The notes under the pieces were generated by a model, which saw only the letters and a program-made list of their open reading frames with translations, made no database searches and was not told where the DNA came from. DNA of 64,000 nt from a virus. A program made the position numbers and the translations under genes. Position 1 is the stretch's first letter. Each line of letters begins with the position of its first letter. Of this stretch, positions 46,827-56,385 are shown piece by piece. The stretch spans positions 32,001-96,000 of the IMG/VR virus record IMGVR_UViG_3300037485_001282. One strand, given 5' to 3'.

Positions 46827-47828
46827 TTAACCCCAATTAAAATGGGCTTCTATTTCACTTTCATTTAACTTAGGAACTTCCCAGTTAAGTAAGTTAAAGA
46901 ACTTTGAGAGTGGATTAAAGAAGGCTTTTTCGAATTGATGTTCTCTATCGACATATTCTTCAATATTCAATTCATTAATCCACTTTTCTTTATATGAGAT
47001 TACGTTACTATTCCAGTCTCTACCTGTTTTGGTGTGGATAAGTTTAATCTTATCGCCTTCATATATCAAATCATATTTAGTTCTTAAATCCTCGTTCTCT
47101 AATAGAACATCATTATAGAGAATACTTCCTCTAATGTGAATAGGGGTTCTGTGGAACTTTCCTTTCTCATTGAAACTATCTAGGTACTTTTTAAGATTAT
47201 TTGCTGTACTTGGAAAGGCAATATCGTCAATATCAGCAACTAAAAATTTGCTTCTAACATCTTTTAATTTACTTATAATCAACTCTCTATTAGTAGTTTT
47301 AAGCATCTCAAACAAGCAGTCTTTCATATGCTTCTTAGCTAATTTAGGAGTTGAGGATCTTACGAGTTCAATTCCAGTTGCTTTAAGTTTATCGACAGCC
47401 ATCTTAGATTCACCATCATAAACTACCCACATTATATACTTCTTTTTCTCTAGGAAAAAGGATCTTCTAGAAACTTTTTCAACTTTAAAGGAAATCTTAT
47501 TTTCCTTGCAGTTATAGCGACTTAAAGATAACGCATCCATCGAACGGTTAATAATATTCGATACAAAGGGAACTATTTCGTCGTTAATAAATTTAATGAC
47601 TGGTTCTATTTTTTCTGGGTCGGTATTATTCCGATCAGGTATATGAAGAGAATCCAGGATTTTACCTATATCGACATAAAGCGAATTATGTACTAAGATA
47701 CCATTAGCGAAAAAGGTATTTGGTGCGTCTTCCATACCTATGTCATAAACTTCTTGTTCGACTGTCCCGTCCGAAACAAGTTCGATTGATTCTATTTCAT
47801 CTATATAATAATTCATTTTATTCCTCAT
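46827..47828 (-). CDS. gp43: Family B DNA polymerase, C-terminal part with split-intein C half
   Basis: VYDIGM...FFANGILVHN|SLYVD, then KKKY, GIELVRSSTP, TPIHIRG. The real start may be the second Met (MNYY, 47816), which has a GAGGA RBS. Confidence 0.92.
   Translation of the reverse strand: MRNKMNYYIDEIESIELVSDGTVEQEVYDIGMEDAPNTFFANGILVHNSLYVDIGKILDSLHIPDRNNTDPEKIEPVIKFINDEIVPFVSNIINRSMDALSLSRYNCKENKISFKVEKVSRRSFFLEKKKYIMWVVYDGESKMAVDKLKATGIELVRSSTPKLAKKHMKDCLFEMLKTTNRELIISKLKDVRSKFLVADIDDIAFPSTANNLKKYLDSFNEKGKFHRTPIHIRGSILYNDVLLENEDLRTKYDLIYEGDKIKLIHTKTGRDWNSNVISYKEKWINELNIEEYVDREHQFEKAFFNPLSKFFNLLNWEVPKLNESEIEAHFNWG
47685..47828 (-). mobile_element. Split intein C-fragment (DNA polymerase), 44-48 aa
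   Basis: Blocks F/G ending in HN, Ser+1. Confidence 0.9.
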
Positions 47829-49467
47829 TCCAAATAAATTTTATGTGTCCGCAGTCCCATACTCTTCTATAGTTATTATTAATCATATTAGAAAATTCTG
47901 TTAACGTTTCATCATAAATTGGTAATATTTTTTTTAAATTCTCTTTATAACATTTAAATCTACTTACATATATTTCTTCATCTTTAACATAAAAATAGTT
48001 TGGAGAAGATAACCCACTATGTTTAAATCCAATATTTTCAAAATTTTTGCCATCAGATAATCTAAAATCGCACACAAATAGAACCTCTCTTGGGGTGAAT
48101 TTTTCTTTAAAATAATCAAACAATATTTTTTCGCTTTTGAAAATGCTTATGTTATTTAAATTACAATATCTTGTTATCTCCCACTGGTGTTTGGTGTTTG
48201 AGCAAATACCCATTACTGATATTATCGCGTTGTTATAAAATAACCCAATTTTTATTTTTGATAATTTTACTCCATTTAAATTATTATGGGTACAAAAATT
48301 ATTAAATTCTTTATCTGAAATTTCTTTAACTACACATTCGCTCGCGTCTATAATGTTGCTGATTTTATTTAATTTATTCTTTATTATCGATTTCCAAATC
48401 TCCCTCTTCACAACATTTTTCCACTCAAATTCGAACATATGCAATAATTCTATATTTTTTTCTTTACATAATATTGTTTTATTTGCATGATAATTTTTCT
48501 CTTTTTCAGTTTCTTCTTTATTGAACGAATGCCAATAATTACCATTGAATTCAATAGCCAGATTTTTATTTGGAACAAAAATATCAATTTCTTTCGGGGG
48601 TATAATATATCGCACATTTTCTACTATCGATTCATCGAGTTCCTTGATAAAATCACATACCTCTTTTTCTTGATGTGATCTAATTTGGCTGCAATATGGA
48701 CAACCATAGCCAGATTTATGATCATTTGGCGTTTGCCAAAATGACCCATGCTCTTTACATTTTATTTCTACTTTTTCTTTAGCTGATCGGTAAACGACAA
48801 AACTATAATCATAAAGATCGCCATGTGATTTTTTAAAATCAACTATAGTTTCTTCTTGTGTTTTAAATGATCTTATGCTATTAAATTCGTTAGCGCATTT
48901 AGGGCAGCCATGTCCTAATAAGTGAATAGATGGTAATTGAAAGAATACACCGTGCTTTTTGCAGTGTATTTCTAATTTTTTGTCTTCCGTAAAGTTATTT
49001 ACGTAAGAATATAAGTTATTGTGTTTTTTATTAAGTAACTCATCCCATTTCTCGAACGAATAACTCAGCGCCTTACTAATGTTTTCTCTTTTGCATATTG
49101 GACAACCTATTCCCCTAAAATGAGGAGCAGGGGCTTGCCAAAAAGAGCCATGCTTTTTACATATTATTTCTACTTTTTCCGAACAAGATACATATTTTAC
49201 TTTTGAGTAGTCATATTTGTATTTGTGTTTTTCGTTAGATTTTTCTATAAACATTTCGTTGGTGAATGTTCTTTTAAGGGCATATGATTCTCTTCTACAA
49301 ATTGGGCACCCTAGGGTTCTACTAATATCTGCGTTTCTTTTTTTAAATTTTATACTGTGTTTATTACAAAACAGTTCTATTATTTTCTTGTCGTGGTCTA
49401 AAATTTTAATTACACTCACATGCGGCAAATGTTTTTCCACTCTAATTTTTATCTGATCAATGTTCAT
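47818..49467 (-). CDS. Free-standing homing endonuclease (zinc-ribbon repeats plus Vsr-like nuclease) inside the fractured polymerase gene
   Basis: Four C.KH....GCP.C repeats with YDYS.V.Y; EIDIF...LAIEFNGNYWH; additional C-terminal domain. Confidence 0.82.
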   Translation of the reverse strand: MNIDQIKIRVEKHLPHVSVIKILDHDKKIIELFCNKHSIKFKKRNADISRTLGCPICRRESYALKRTFTNEMFIEKSNEKHKYKYDYSKVKYVSCSEKVEIICKKHGSFWQAPAPHFRGIGCPICKRENISKALSYSFEKWDELLNKKHNNLYSYVNNFTEDKKLEIHCKKHGVFFQLPSIHLLGHGCPKCANEFNSIRSFKTQEETIVDFKKSHGDLYDYSFVVYRSAKEKVEIKCKEHGSFWQTPNDHKSGYGCPYCSQIRSHQEKEVCDFIKELDESIVENVRYIIPPKEIDIFVPNKNLAIEFNGNYWHSFNKEETEKEKNYHANKTILCKEKNIELLHMFEFEWKNVVKREIWKSIIKNKLNKISNIIDASECVVKEISDKEFNNFCTHNNLNGVKLSKIKIGLFYNNAIISVMGICSNTKHQWEITRYCNLNNISIFKSEKILFDYFKEKFTPREVLFVCDFRLSDGKNFENIGFKHSGLSSPNYFYVKDEEIYVSRFKCYKENLKKILPIYDETLTEFSNMINNNYRRVWDCGHIKFIWNEE

Positions 49468-49485
49468 AAGGTATATCCTTAATCA

Positions 49486-49493
49486 TATTTATA
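49486..49493 (-). promoter_or_regulatory. T4-type late promoter for the polymerase-associated endonuclease
   Basis: Exact TATAAATA in the 39-nt gap; AAGGA RBS downstream. Confidence 0.7.
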
Positions 49494-49506
49494 TAAATTT
49501 TAACAT

Positions 49507-51642
49507 TTATATGACTATAATTTTATCTCCAATTTTTAGGTTATGTGATTCTTTGTTTACCATGTTACTATTGGCGTCAATAGTAATTAACGGATGATCA
49601 GATGTAACTGTAATTGTTTTTCCTGATTTCGTTTTTATCTTATATAATTTCTTTTTTGTCAGATGCTTTTCTATATATTTGACTTTGCCAGAAATTACAT
49701 TTGATATGGTCGAATCAAACATAGGTAAAAGTAAGTTATTAGGGAAAACGAATTCTCTTCCATCATAATTTTTCTTGAAATTGATTGGTTCTTCTGTTTT
49801 TAATTCGGAAAAAATATCTTCTATTGCTATGTTTCTATTTTTACCTAAGTCATTGATAACCATGGACTTAGCCACGGAATCGGTATCTGCGTATATACAA
49901 ACATCATTAACGTTAATTGCGTTGTGTCTTTTCGCTAATTCCGTATCTTTAAATTTAGTTAAAAAATAGTTCTGAACCGTATCATTTACTGTTTTCGTTA
50001 TAGATTGTCCAGTTAAAGTCACCGCCATAGCATTATCTAGGTCATAAAATCTTGAATAAGGTGTCGATAAAAACCCATAAACAGAGTTCAAAAGCAGTTT
50101 GTAGTTGATTTGACGAGCATCGTGGGCGCTATATTCTGCTTTATTATTGTTTCTTTCTGCTTCTAACATTAACTCTTTATAATATTTTCTTTTATCAAAC
50201 CATTCAGAAATAAACGAAGGAACAATACCTTTAACATCTTGGCGATAGATAGCCCCATTGCCAGCCAAGCAGAAATTCTTTGCTTTAATTAACTTTGCTA
50301 GTTCCCTTATAGAAGTTTCTATGCCACTAAAAGTTACTAAATAGTCATCTATATCTTTACCAGCGATTAACTTACGTAAATCTGGAACATATTGACCATC
50401 GACTCTTCCTATTTTAGTTTCTGGGCTAATGTTCCAACCCATCATAATAGAAGGATACAATGAAGTAGCATCGAAAGATACCGTCCATTCATGTAGTCCC
50501 TTTATAGGATCTTTAACGTAACCACCTGGAAACTTTTTAGGTTCTATGTCTCGTTTCACATCTGGAAGAACAATATTTTTCTTTGATAGTTCCGATAAGA
50601 AGGCACCATCAAGGACTCTAACAGTTTTCTGATAGAACTCGAAAGGAACTCGGCAACCATAGCAGAAACTGAAGAGAATATTTAGGAACTTCTTTTTTGC
50701 TTCTAGTTTCTTTAGGAGTCTAACGTCATGGACATTATACTCTACATATTTCTGCCAGTCGTTATTATAGAGATCAACTAGAGTTCCTGTGTATTCTAGT
50801 TTACGTTCCCCTAGTTCCTCTTCAGCAATAGAATCTAATTTCCAGCTTGGTCTAGCGGAAAAGGTATATGTTTTAAATACTTCTAACATATCAATACAAG
50901 AGATGCCAGCAATTGAATAAGTTTTCTTAATTTTTCCATTTTTCAAAGTAGTTTCTATTTCTTTAACTACTCCAATGGGACTTAAGTCACTTGCAGCGTC
51001 TTCGTGGAAGATTTTGTTAATTCTATTTACTATGTAGGGAATATCGAAAAAGTTACTATTCCAGCCACTAAGGAAATCTGGGTGACTGTTTCTAACAAAG
51101 GTCATGAATTGGTTTAGTAATTCATTTTCATTTGATATGATAGTTTTTTCGTATTTCTCGTTTGCTTCATCTAGGAAACTTGTATTAAAGTCTCTTTCAG
51201 CAAATATAAAGTATTTTTGCTGTTTAGTTGACCAAACAGTAATAATAGTTATTGGGAAGTTAGCATCTTCTGGTTTAGGGAATCCTTTTTCAGAATGCAC
51301 CTCAATATCCAATAACCATATATCGAAGTCAGGAATGGTTAGTTCCTGACCTAGATAGTGGCTAACTATAAACTTAGTTTCTAGTGGAATGTCTGATTCA
51401 AACAGTTCCATTCCACTTGCTTTAAGTCTTTCGATTTTCTTTTTATATGCGTAGATGGTATCTGTTTCTATTTTTCTTGCTGGATCACCGAAAATAGTTT
51501 TATATTCTGGATTCTTTAAGAGTTTATCTTTCAAGAAAAAGAATAGAGGAGCGGGAAGACGCTTATGAACTTTATGTCCATCTTCATATTCCCACAGATT
51601 TATTTCTGACTTTCGGTAATCAACAAAAATATTAGAATACAT
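49507..51642 (-). CDS. gp43: Family B DNA polymerase, N-terminal part (exonuclease, motifs A/B) ending in a split-intein N half
   Basis: LDIE, GWN..FFDIPY, YN..DV, FDATSLYPS, K...NS.YG, YADTD|S-intein. Confidence 0.95.
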   Translation of the reverse strand: MYSNIFVDYRKSEINLWEYEDGHKVHKRLPAPLFFFLKDKLLKNPEYKTIFGDPARKIETDTIYAYKKKIERLKASGMELFESDIPLETKFIVSHYLGQELTIPDFDIWLLDIEVHSEKGFPKPEDANFPITIITVWSTKQQKYFIFAERDFNTSFLDEANEKYEKTIISNENELLNQFMTFVRNSHPDFLSGWNSNFFDIPYIVNRINKIFHEDAASDLSPIGVVKEIETTLKNGKIKKTYSIAGISCIDMLEVFKTYTFSARPSWKLDSIAEEELGERKLEYTGTLVDLYNNDWQKYVEYNVHDVRLLKKLEAKKKFLNILFSFCYGCRVPFEFYQKTVRVLDGAFLSELSKKNIVLPDVKRDIEPKKFPGGYVKDPIKGLHEWTVSFDATSLYPSIMMGWNISPETKIGRVDGQYVPDLRKLIAGKDIDDYLVTFSGIETSIRELAKLIKAKNFCLAGNGAIYRQDVKGIVPSFISEWFDKRKYYKELMLEAERNNNKAEYSAHDARQINYKLLLNSVYGFLSTPYSRFYDLDNAMAVTLTGQSITKTVNDTVQNYFLTKFKDTELAKRHNAINVNDVCIYADTDSVAKSMVINDLGKNRNIAIEDIFSELKTEEPINFKKNYDGREFVFPNNLLLPMFDSTISNVISGKVKYIEKHLTKKKLYKIKTKSGKTITVTSDHPLITIDANSNMVNKESHNLKIGDKIIVI
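49510..49878 (-). mobile_element. Split intein N-fragment (DNA polymerase), 123 aa, Ser1
   Basis: SVAKSMVI..IEDIF..LYKIKT.SGK.ITVTSDH..LKIGD. Confidence 0.9.
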
Positions 51643-51965
51643 CAGGCATCCTTATTTTCTACTATGTCGAAATTAGCTGCTGATGGATTAGCTTCCATCC
51701 ACTTAGCAAAATCTAATGGATCAACTCCAATTTGCAATAGAACATCTCTAGCAAATAAACGAGAGTCACCATATAAAGAAGCATTAAGATTCTTTAAGAA
51801 AGAATTGGCATGTTCAAAGTGAATATGCGTTCTCTTTTCGGTAACGTCATCTTGATAGAACTCGGTTCTATTAGTTGAGATCTTTCCATTATCCATGATT
51901 TCGATCTGGATACGGAATTGCACCTTGGGCTTGGGTGGCTTTTTTTCTTTAGGTTCTTTTGGCAT
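51642..51965 (-). CDS. Hypothetical protein (start revised to MPKEPK)
   Basis: AAGGAGG RBS before the ATG at 51965. Confidence 0.65.
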   Translation of the reverse strand: MPKEPKEKKPPKPKVQFRIQIEIMDNGKISTNRTEFYQDDVTEKRTHIHFEHANSFLKNLNASLYGDSRLFARDVLLQIGVDPLDFAKWMEANPSAANFDIVENKDA

Positions 51966-52032
51966 TATGTGCCTCCTTGTGGGGAGCAATAATACCATAA
52001 CTTTTTCATTTGTAAATAGGCAGTTTTTAAAT

Positions 52033-53121
52033 CTATTTTATTTTGAATGTTTTCTCGTATAATCCGTAGTTTTCTGGATTTTCCATCCAGCGTTTATTAA
52101 GTTCGGTTTTTCCTGCTTCGAGACTATTATTCTTAAAGTTCAAATCTTTTTCGAACTTTTTAAGAGCCTGATACCACTCATCTACTCTGTTTTCAACGGA
52201 AACTACTCCGTTAATTAAATCATACGGCCCAATGCCCTTTCCTATTGATGAACATAGACAAGGGAGACCCATTGCAGAAAATTCTAATAGTTTTAAATCA
52301 GACTTAGCGTAATTGAAAATATGGTCTTTAATGGGTATTATTCCAACATCAGCGTTTATTTCATCCATTTTTTGTGGATAGTCATAAAAATCTTCCCATT
52401 CATGGAACTCAACCTTACCTAAAAGTTCTGGTGGCATTGTTCCCATAAATACCCATTCAAATTCGTTAATAGTTTTATAAATTAAAGGCAAAAGAAACTC
52501 CATATCCCCGCCTTTTGCTATATGACTTGAGGATCCAGACCAAAATATACGCATTTTTTTACTTGTATTAAATTTATTTCGCTTTCCACAACCGTACCAA
52601 AGATGCTTTGGTAAAAAATTAGGAATAACTACTGAATTTTTTACATTATGCTTTTCTTCATAATAGTCTTTTAAAAACTGGGTACTAAAAGTAACTACAT
52701 CCGACATATTAAATAAATCTATTAAGTTATTTTTTCTGGTTTGAGTGTAGTATCTATAAGCCTCTATGTTACAAGGCTCTATCTCATGAACCAAGTCATC
52801 TAGATCAAAAGTTATTCTAGTTTTAAAGTTGTTTTTAGTGATTAGTTTCTTGTATTCGTAGATATAGGATTTTTGGCGATGAGTTGTTTGTCGCTGAAAT
52901 CTTAGCCAATCCATATTAGAAATATATGTTATATCAAAATTAAATCCGAATAAAAAGGGACTAACAAAGTTAGATTTAGAAATTAAATAAGAAAACGGAA
53001 TAAAGGTTCTATAAAAACCGCACCCAGCCGTATCGCTTGGGAAATTTAATACACAAGTATGTGGTGGTTTAGGTGATTTAAAAAGTTTTTGTAGATCTGT
53101 TTTAGCTTGGTCTGATGGCAT
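52033..53121 (-). CDS. GT-B (GT4-like) glycosyltransferase
   Basis: GCGFYR, FQRQ, FDLDD, ST..L, VIPNFLP, WSGSSSH, FN.AKSDLKLLE. Confidence 0.85.
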   Translation of the reverse strand: MPSDQAKTDLQKLFKSPKPPHTCVLNFPSDTAGCGFYRTFIPFSYLISKSNFVSPFLFGFNFDITYISNMDWLRFQRQTTHRQKSYIYEYKKLITKNNFKTRITFDLDDLVHEIEPCNIEAYRYYTQTRKNNLIDLFNMSDVVTFSTQFLKDYYEEKHNVKNSVVIPNFLPKHLWYGCGKRNKFNTSKKMRIFWSGSSSHIAKGGDMEFLLPLIYKTINEFEWVFMGTMPPELLGKVEFHEWEDFYDYPQKMDEINADVGIIPIKDHIFNYAKSDLKLLEFSAMGLPCLCSSIGKGIGPYDLINGVVSVENRVDEWYQALKKFEKDLNFKNNSLEAGKTELNKRWMENPENYGLYEKTFKIK

Positions 53122-53178
53122 TTTGTTCCTTTAAAAGTTTTTGTAAAATGGGTATAATAATTATTAAGTGAGGAAAAT

Positions 53179-53649
53179 ATGAAAAAAGCAAAGTCTCCGA
53201 GAATTTTTAATTCGATTAGAAAAAGTCGATCTTCTTCAACCCCAGATAGATATTATATCGATAAAAATGAATATTTGAGGGAGTTACTTAAATTCAAGAA
53301 AACTGGGAAATCTTCTGAACGATTGGGTGAATTATTTAAACTACATGTAGATAAGATGGGAACATCTTTTGCTTTTAAGAACTATACCTACTTAGATGAG
53401 ATGAAATCAGATGCTTTAATCTTTCTTTTAAAATATGCTAATAGATTCGATCCCGAGTTTATATCTGACAAAGTTCAAGGAACTACTTGCTTTTCATATT
53501 GTTCTACTATAATATACAGAGCTTTCATTCAGACGATAAACCGAGAACAAAAATACGCCAATTTAAAAAATGATATTATTCAGAATCAAGATCATTTAAA
53601 TGGTAGTGCGCCAAAGGCAAGTATTTTTGATGAGATGACATTAGATTAA
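53179..53649 (+). CDS. gp55: Late transcription sigma factor gp55
   Basis: YIDK.E, LGE.F, F.NYTY.DEM.SD, RFDPE, FSY...I..AFI..I.RE.K. Confidence 0.9.
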   Translation: MKKAKSPRIFNSIRKSRSSSTPDRYYIDKNEYLRELLKFKKTGKSSERLGELFKLHVDKMGTSFAFKNYTYLDEMKSDALIFLLKYANRFDPEFISDKVQGTTCFSYCSTIIYRAFIQTINREQKYANLKNDIIQNQDHLNGSAPKASIFDEMTLD

Positions 53650-53660
53650 AGGATTTTATA

Positions 53661-54773
53661 ATGACATATAAGTTAGGAATCTTAAGTGACTTCCATTTAG
53701 GATATAAAAATAACAGTGAAAACTACCTAACTATTATGGAAAATTATTTTCTGAAGACGCTTCCCTCGATACTTAAAGAAAATAAAATAAGTGATGTTCG
53801 ATTATTGGGGGATATATTTGATAATAGAAACACGATTAATGTAAGAACATTAAATATTGCTTTAAATATATTTAGATGGTATCAAACTAATTTACCACAC
53901 GTTAAGTGGTCAATAGTTGTTGGAAATCACGATATTTACTATCATAATCGTTTAGATGTTAACTCTCTAGAGGTTTTTAGAGAGTTAAATAATATTAATA
54001 TAATTGATAAATTGACTATTGAAAAAATAGGAAATAAATCTATTGTTAGCGTTCCTTGGATTATAGATGGAGCAGAAGCGGATATTAAGTTTAAGGAGCT
54101 AACAAACGGTACTAATATCTATGATCTGTGTTTAGGGCATTTCGATATTCAAGGATGTGAAATGCAAAGAGGACACGTATCTGAACATGGAATCCCCAAA
54201 GGAACATTTAAGAGTTTCAAAAAATTATTTTCTGGACATTTTCATATTAGAAACACAGGTAAAGATGATAAGATTACCTTTTGTGGTTGTCCCTATCAAT
54301 TAACTTGGGGTGATTATGATAATACTAAAGGTTTCCATATTTACGATATAGATACTAATGAGACCACATTTATAGAAAATACAGATTCTCCTCAGTTTAT
54401 TAAAATTACGGTCGAAGACTTTATTAGTAAAAACGTAGAGAAGATAAAAAAAGTAACTGGAAATTTTGTTAAGTTAATTATAGAAAAGCAAATAAAAGAA
54501 AGTGATACTATAAAGTTAATTCAGAGAATAGAGTCACTAAAGCCACTAAAATTAGATATAGAAAATAATACTTTAATATCTCTTGCTGAATCAGAAGAAG
54601 CAACTAAACTTGTAGAAAAATATAAAGATACTAATTTAATGTCTGGGGATTCTAATCTTTTCATGACTGATTACGTCGAAAATATTTTAGAAGTTAACGA
54701 TAAGGACATTAAGAAAGAATATTTAATTTCAATTCTTAATGATTTCTACCAAAAAGTAATAAAGGAAAAATAA
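53661..54773 (+). CDS. gp47: Recombination endonuclease subunit gp47 (Mre11/SbcD)
   Basis: SDFHLG, GDIFDNR, GNHD, GHF, SGHFH, G.PYQLTW.D. Confidence 0.93.
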   Translation: MTYKLGILSDFHLGYKNNSENYLTIMENYFLKTLPSILKENKISDVRLLGDIFDNRNTINVRTLNIALNIFRWYQTNLPHVKWSIVVGNHDIYYHNRLDVNSLEVFRELNNINIIDKLTIEKIGNKSIVSVPWIIDGAEADIKFKELTNGTNIYDLCLGHFDIQGCEMQRGHVSEHGIPKGTFKSFKKLFSGHFHIRNTGKDDKITFCGCPYQLTWGDYDNTKGFHIYDIDTNETTFIENTDSPQFIKITVEDFISKNVEKIKKVTGNFVKLIIEKQIKESDTIKLIQRIESLKPLKLDIENNTLISLAESEEATKLVEKYKDTNLMSGDSNLFMTDYVENILEVNDKDIKKEYLISILNDFYQKVIKEK

Positions 54774-55013
54774 ATGGCTAATTTAGAATTTAAAGACATT
54801 ACCGTTAAGAACTTCATGAGTTTCGGTAATGTTGAGACTACTCTTGACTATAAGACTGGGCTTAATCTAGTTACTGGGAAAATAGAAGGCACTAATGCGG
54901 CAAATGGGGCAGGTAAATGTTTAAAAAAATCTACGGAAATTTTAGTAGATTTTGAAGATGATGCGACCAAAAAAGCATTTGAAAATTATATTCTAAGTTC
55001 CGAATATAAATAG
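54774..55013 (+). CDS. gp46: gp46 (Rad50/SbcC) N-terminal 48 aa plus short split-intein N half
   Basis: KNFMSFGN...NGAGK|CL: Walker A interrupted. Confidence 0.9.
   Translation: MANLEFKDITVKNFMSFGNVETTLDYKTGLNLVTGKIEGTNAANGAGKCLKKSTEILVDFEDDATKKAFENYILSSEYK
54918..55010 (+). mobile_element. Atypical short split intein N-fragment (31 aa)
   Basis: CLKKSTEILV block A only. Confidence 0.85.
55005..55012 (+). promoter_or_regulatory. T4-type late promoter overlapping the gp46-N stop codon
   Basis: Exact TATAAATA(G); AGGAG RBS follows. Confidence 0.72.
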
Positions 55014-55031
55014 TGGTATAGGAGATTCCCG

Positions 55032-56045
55032 ATGCCATTATCGAAAAAACAACAAACGGTTAAAAAAGAAAATTCAAAACGAGGGCCAACTTTTAGTCCG
55101 TTTTCTAAAGAATTCTATATGCATTATAAAGGCATGACCTTGGAAGAGGCAACTAAAGAAGCCAAAACAAAAAGACCATGTAATGTTGAATATTGGATTA
55201 AAAAAGGATTCAGTGTTGATGCCTCAATATTAAAAGTAAAAGATCATCAGAAAAAAACATCTATTATAAGAGTTGAAAAAGTTAATAATGGTGAACTTAT
55301 ATATTTTGGGCCAAATCAGACAGAATATTGGAAAAATAGAGGGTTTACCGACGAAGAAGCAATATTAAAAGTTTCAGAAAGACAATCTACTTTTTCTAAG
55401 GTAAAATTAATAGAAAAATTGGGAGAAGAAAGGGGATTGGCGAGATGGAAAGAGAGACAGATTAAGTGGCAAAAAACACTGGGGGAGAAATCTAAAGAAG
55501 AAATATCTGAAATTAATAGAAAGAAATTAGTTACGCTGTCTAATATGCAAGAAAAATATGGTGAAGTGTTGGGTGAAGAAAAATATAATATCTGGAAAAA
55601 CAGTCATAACATGTTTTCCTCAAAAGAAGCAACTGAGTTTTTCAAAAAAATAACTGATTATATAGTTGATAATTTTCAAGTAAATAGAAAACAAATATAT
55701 TTTGAGGACAATGATAATAATGAAATGTTCCTAAAAGACAACGACGGAAAACATTTTTTATATGATTATTGCGTTCGAGATTTATTTTTAATAATAGAAT
55801 ACCATGGAATAAAATTTCACCCAAATAAAGATAAACTATCCGAAGAAGAGTGGGCCGAGTGGAAATGTCTTTTTTCAGAAAATACAGCAGAATATGTTTA
55901 TTCAAGAGATCAATATAAGAAAAAATTGGCTATGGACTGTGGATTTTCTTTTTTCGAAGTTTTCTCAGACGATCCAGACAAATTTAACAGAGTAATAGAA
56001 TTTATAAGGAAACATCATGAAGACAACAATAGGCACGATAAATGA
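55032..56045 (+). CDS. Free-standing Vsr-like homing endonuclease inside fractured gp46
   Basis: YW..KG.S..EA..KV and EK.GE..G repeats; YDY....LIIEYHG..FH...D..K..LA...G. Confidence 0.78.
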   Translation: MPLSKKQQTVKKENSKRGPTFSPFSKEFYMHYKGMTLEEATKEAKTKRPCNVEYWIKKGFSVDASILKVKDHQKKTSIIRVEKVNNGELIYFGPNQTEYWKNRGFTDEEAILKVSERQSTFSKVKLIEKLGEERGLARWKERQIKWQKTLGEKSKEEISEINRKKLVTLSNMQEKYGEVLGEEKYNIWKNSHNMFSSKEATEFFKKITDYIVDNFQVNRKQIYFEDNDNNEMFLKDNDGKHFLYDYCVRDLFLIIEYHGIKFHPNKDKLSEEEWAEWKCLFSENTAEYVYSRDQYKKKLAMDCGFSFFEVFSDDPDKFNRVIEFIRKHHEDNNRHDK

Positions 56046-56385
56046 TTTCTACGAAAAATTTCCAGAATATAAAGGGAAAATTTCAGTAAAAACCCCATAT
56101 GGATTTAAGAAAATCTTAGAAGCGAAGATTACTGATTACTCAGTTCCTATGGAATTAGTCACTGAATCAGGTAAGCAAATAGTAGGTTCTAAAAAGCATC
56201 TAGTAAAAAACGCAGATGACCAATGGGTTACTTTAAGCGACTATAAAATTGATGATTTAATTAAAACTGAAAGCGGAATTGAAAAAATTACGTCACTCAA
56301 GTCGCTCCAAGTTGCTGAGTATCTTTATGATATTCAAGTAGCTGAAGTTGAGCAATATTACTCAAATGGAATATTAAGTCACAAT
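56017..56385 (+). mobile_element. Atypical long split intein C-fragment (123 aa)
   Basis: V.TPYGFK.I, GSKKH (block B), W...D.I.TESG, LYDIQV...YYSNGILSHN. Confidence 0.88.

Noticed and set aside
46222-46840. ORF-track ORFs 46222-46404, 46296-46523, 46498-46743 and 46502-46840
   Set aside because: They overlap six well-formed tRNA cloverleaves and are incidental open frames in GC-richer RNA genes.
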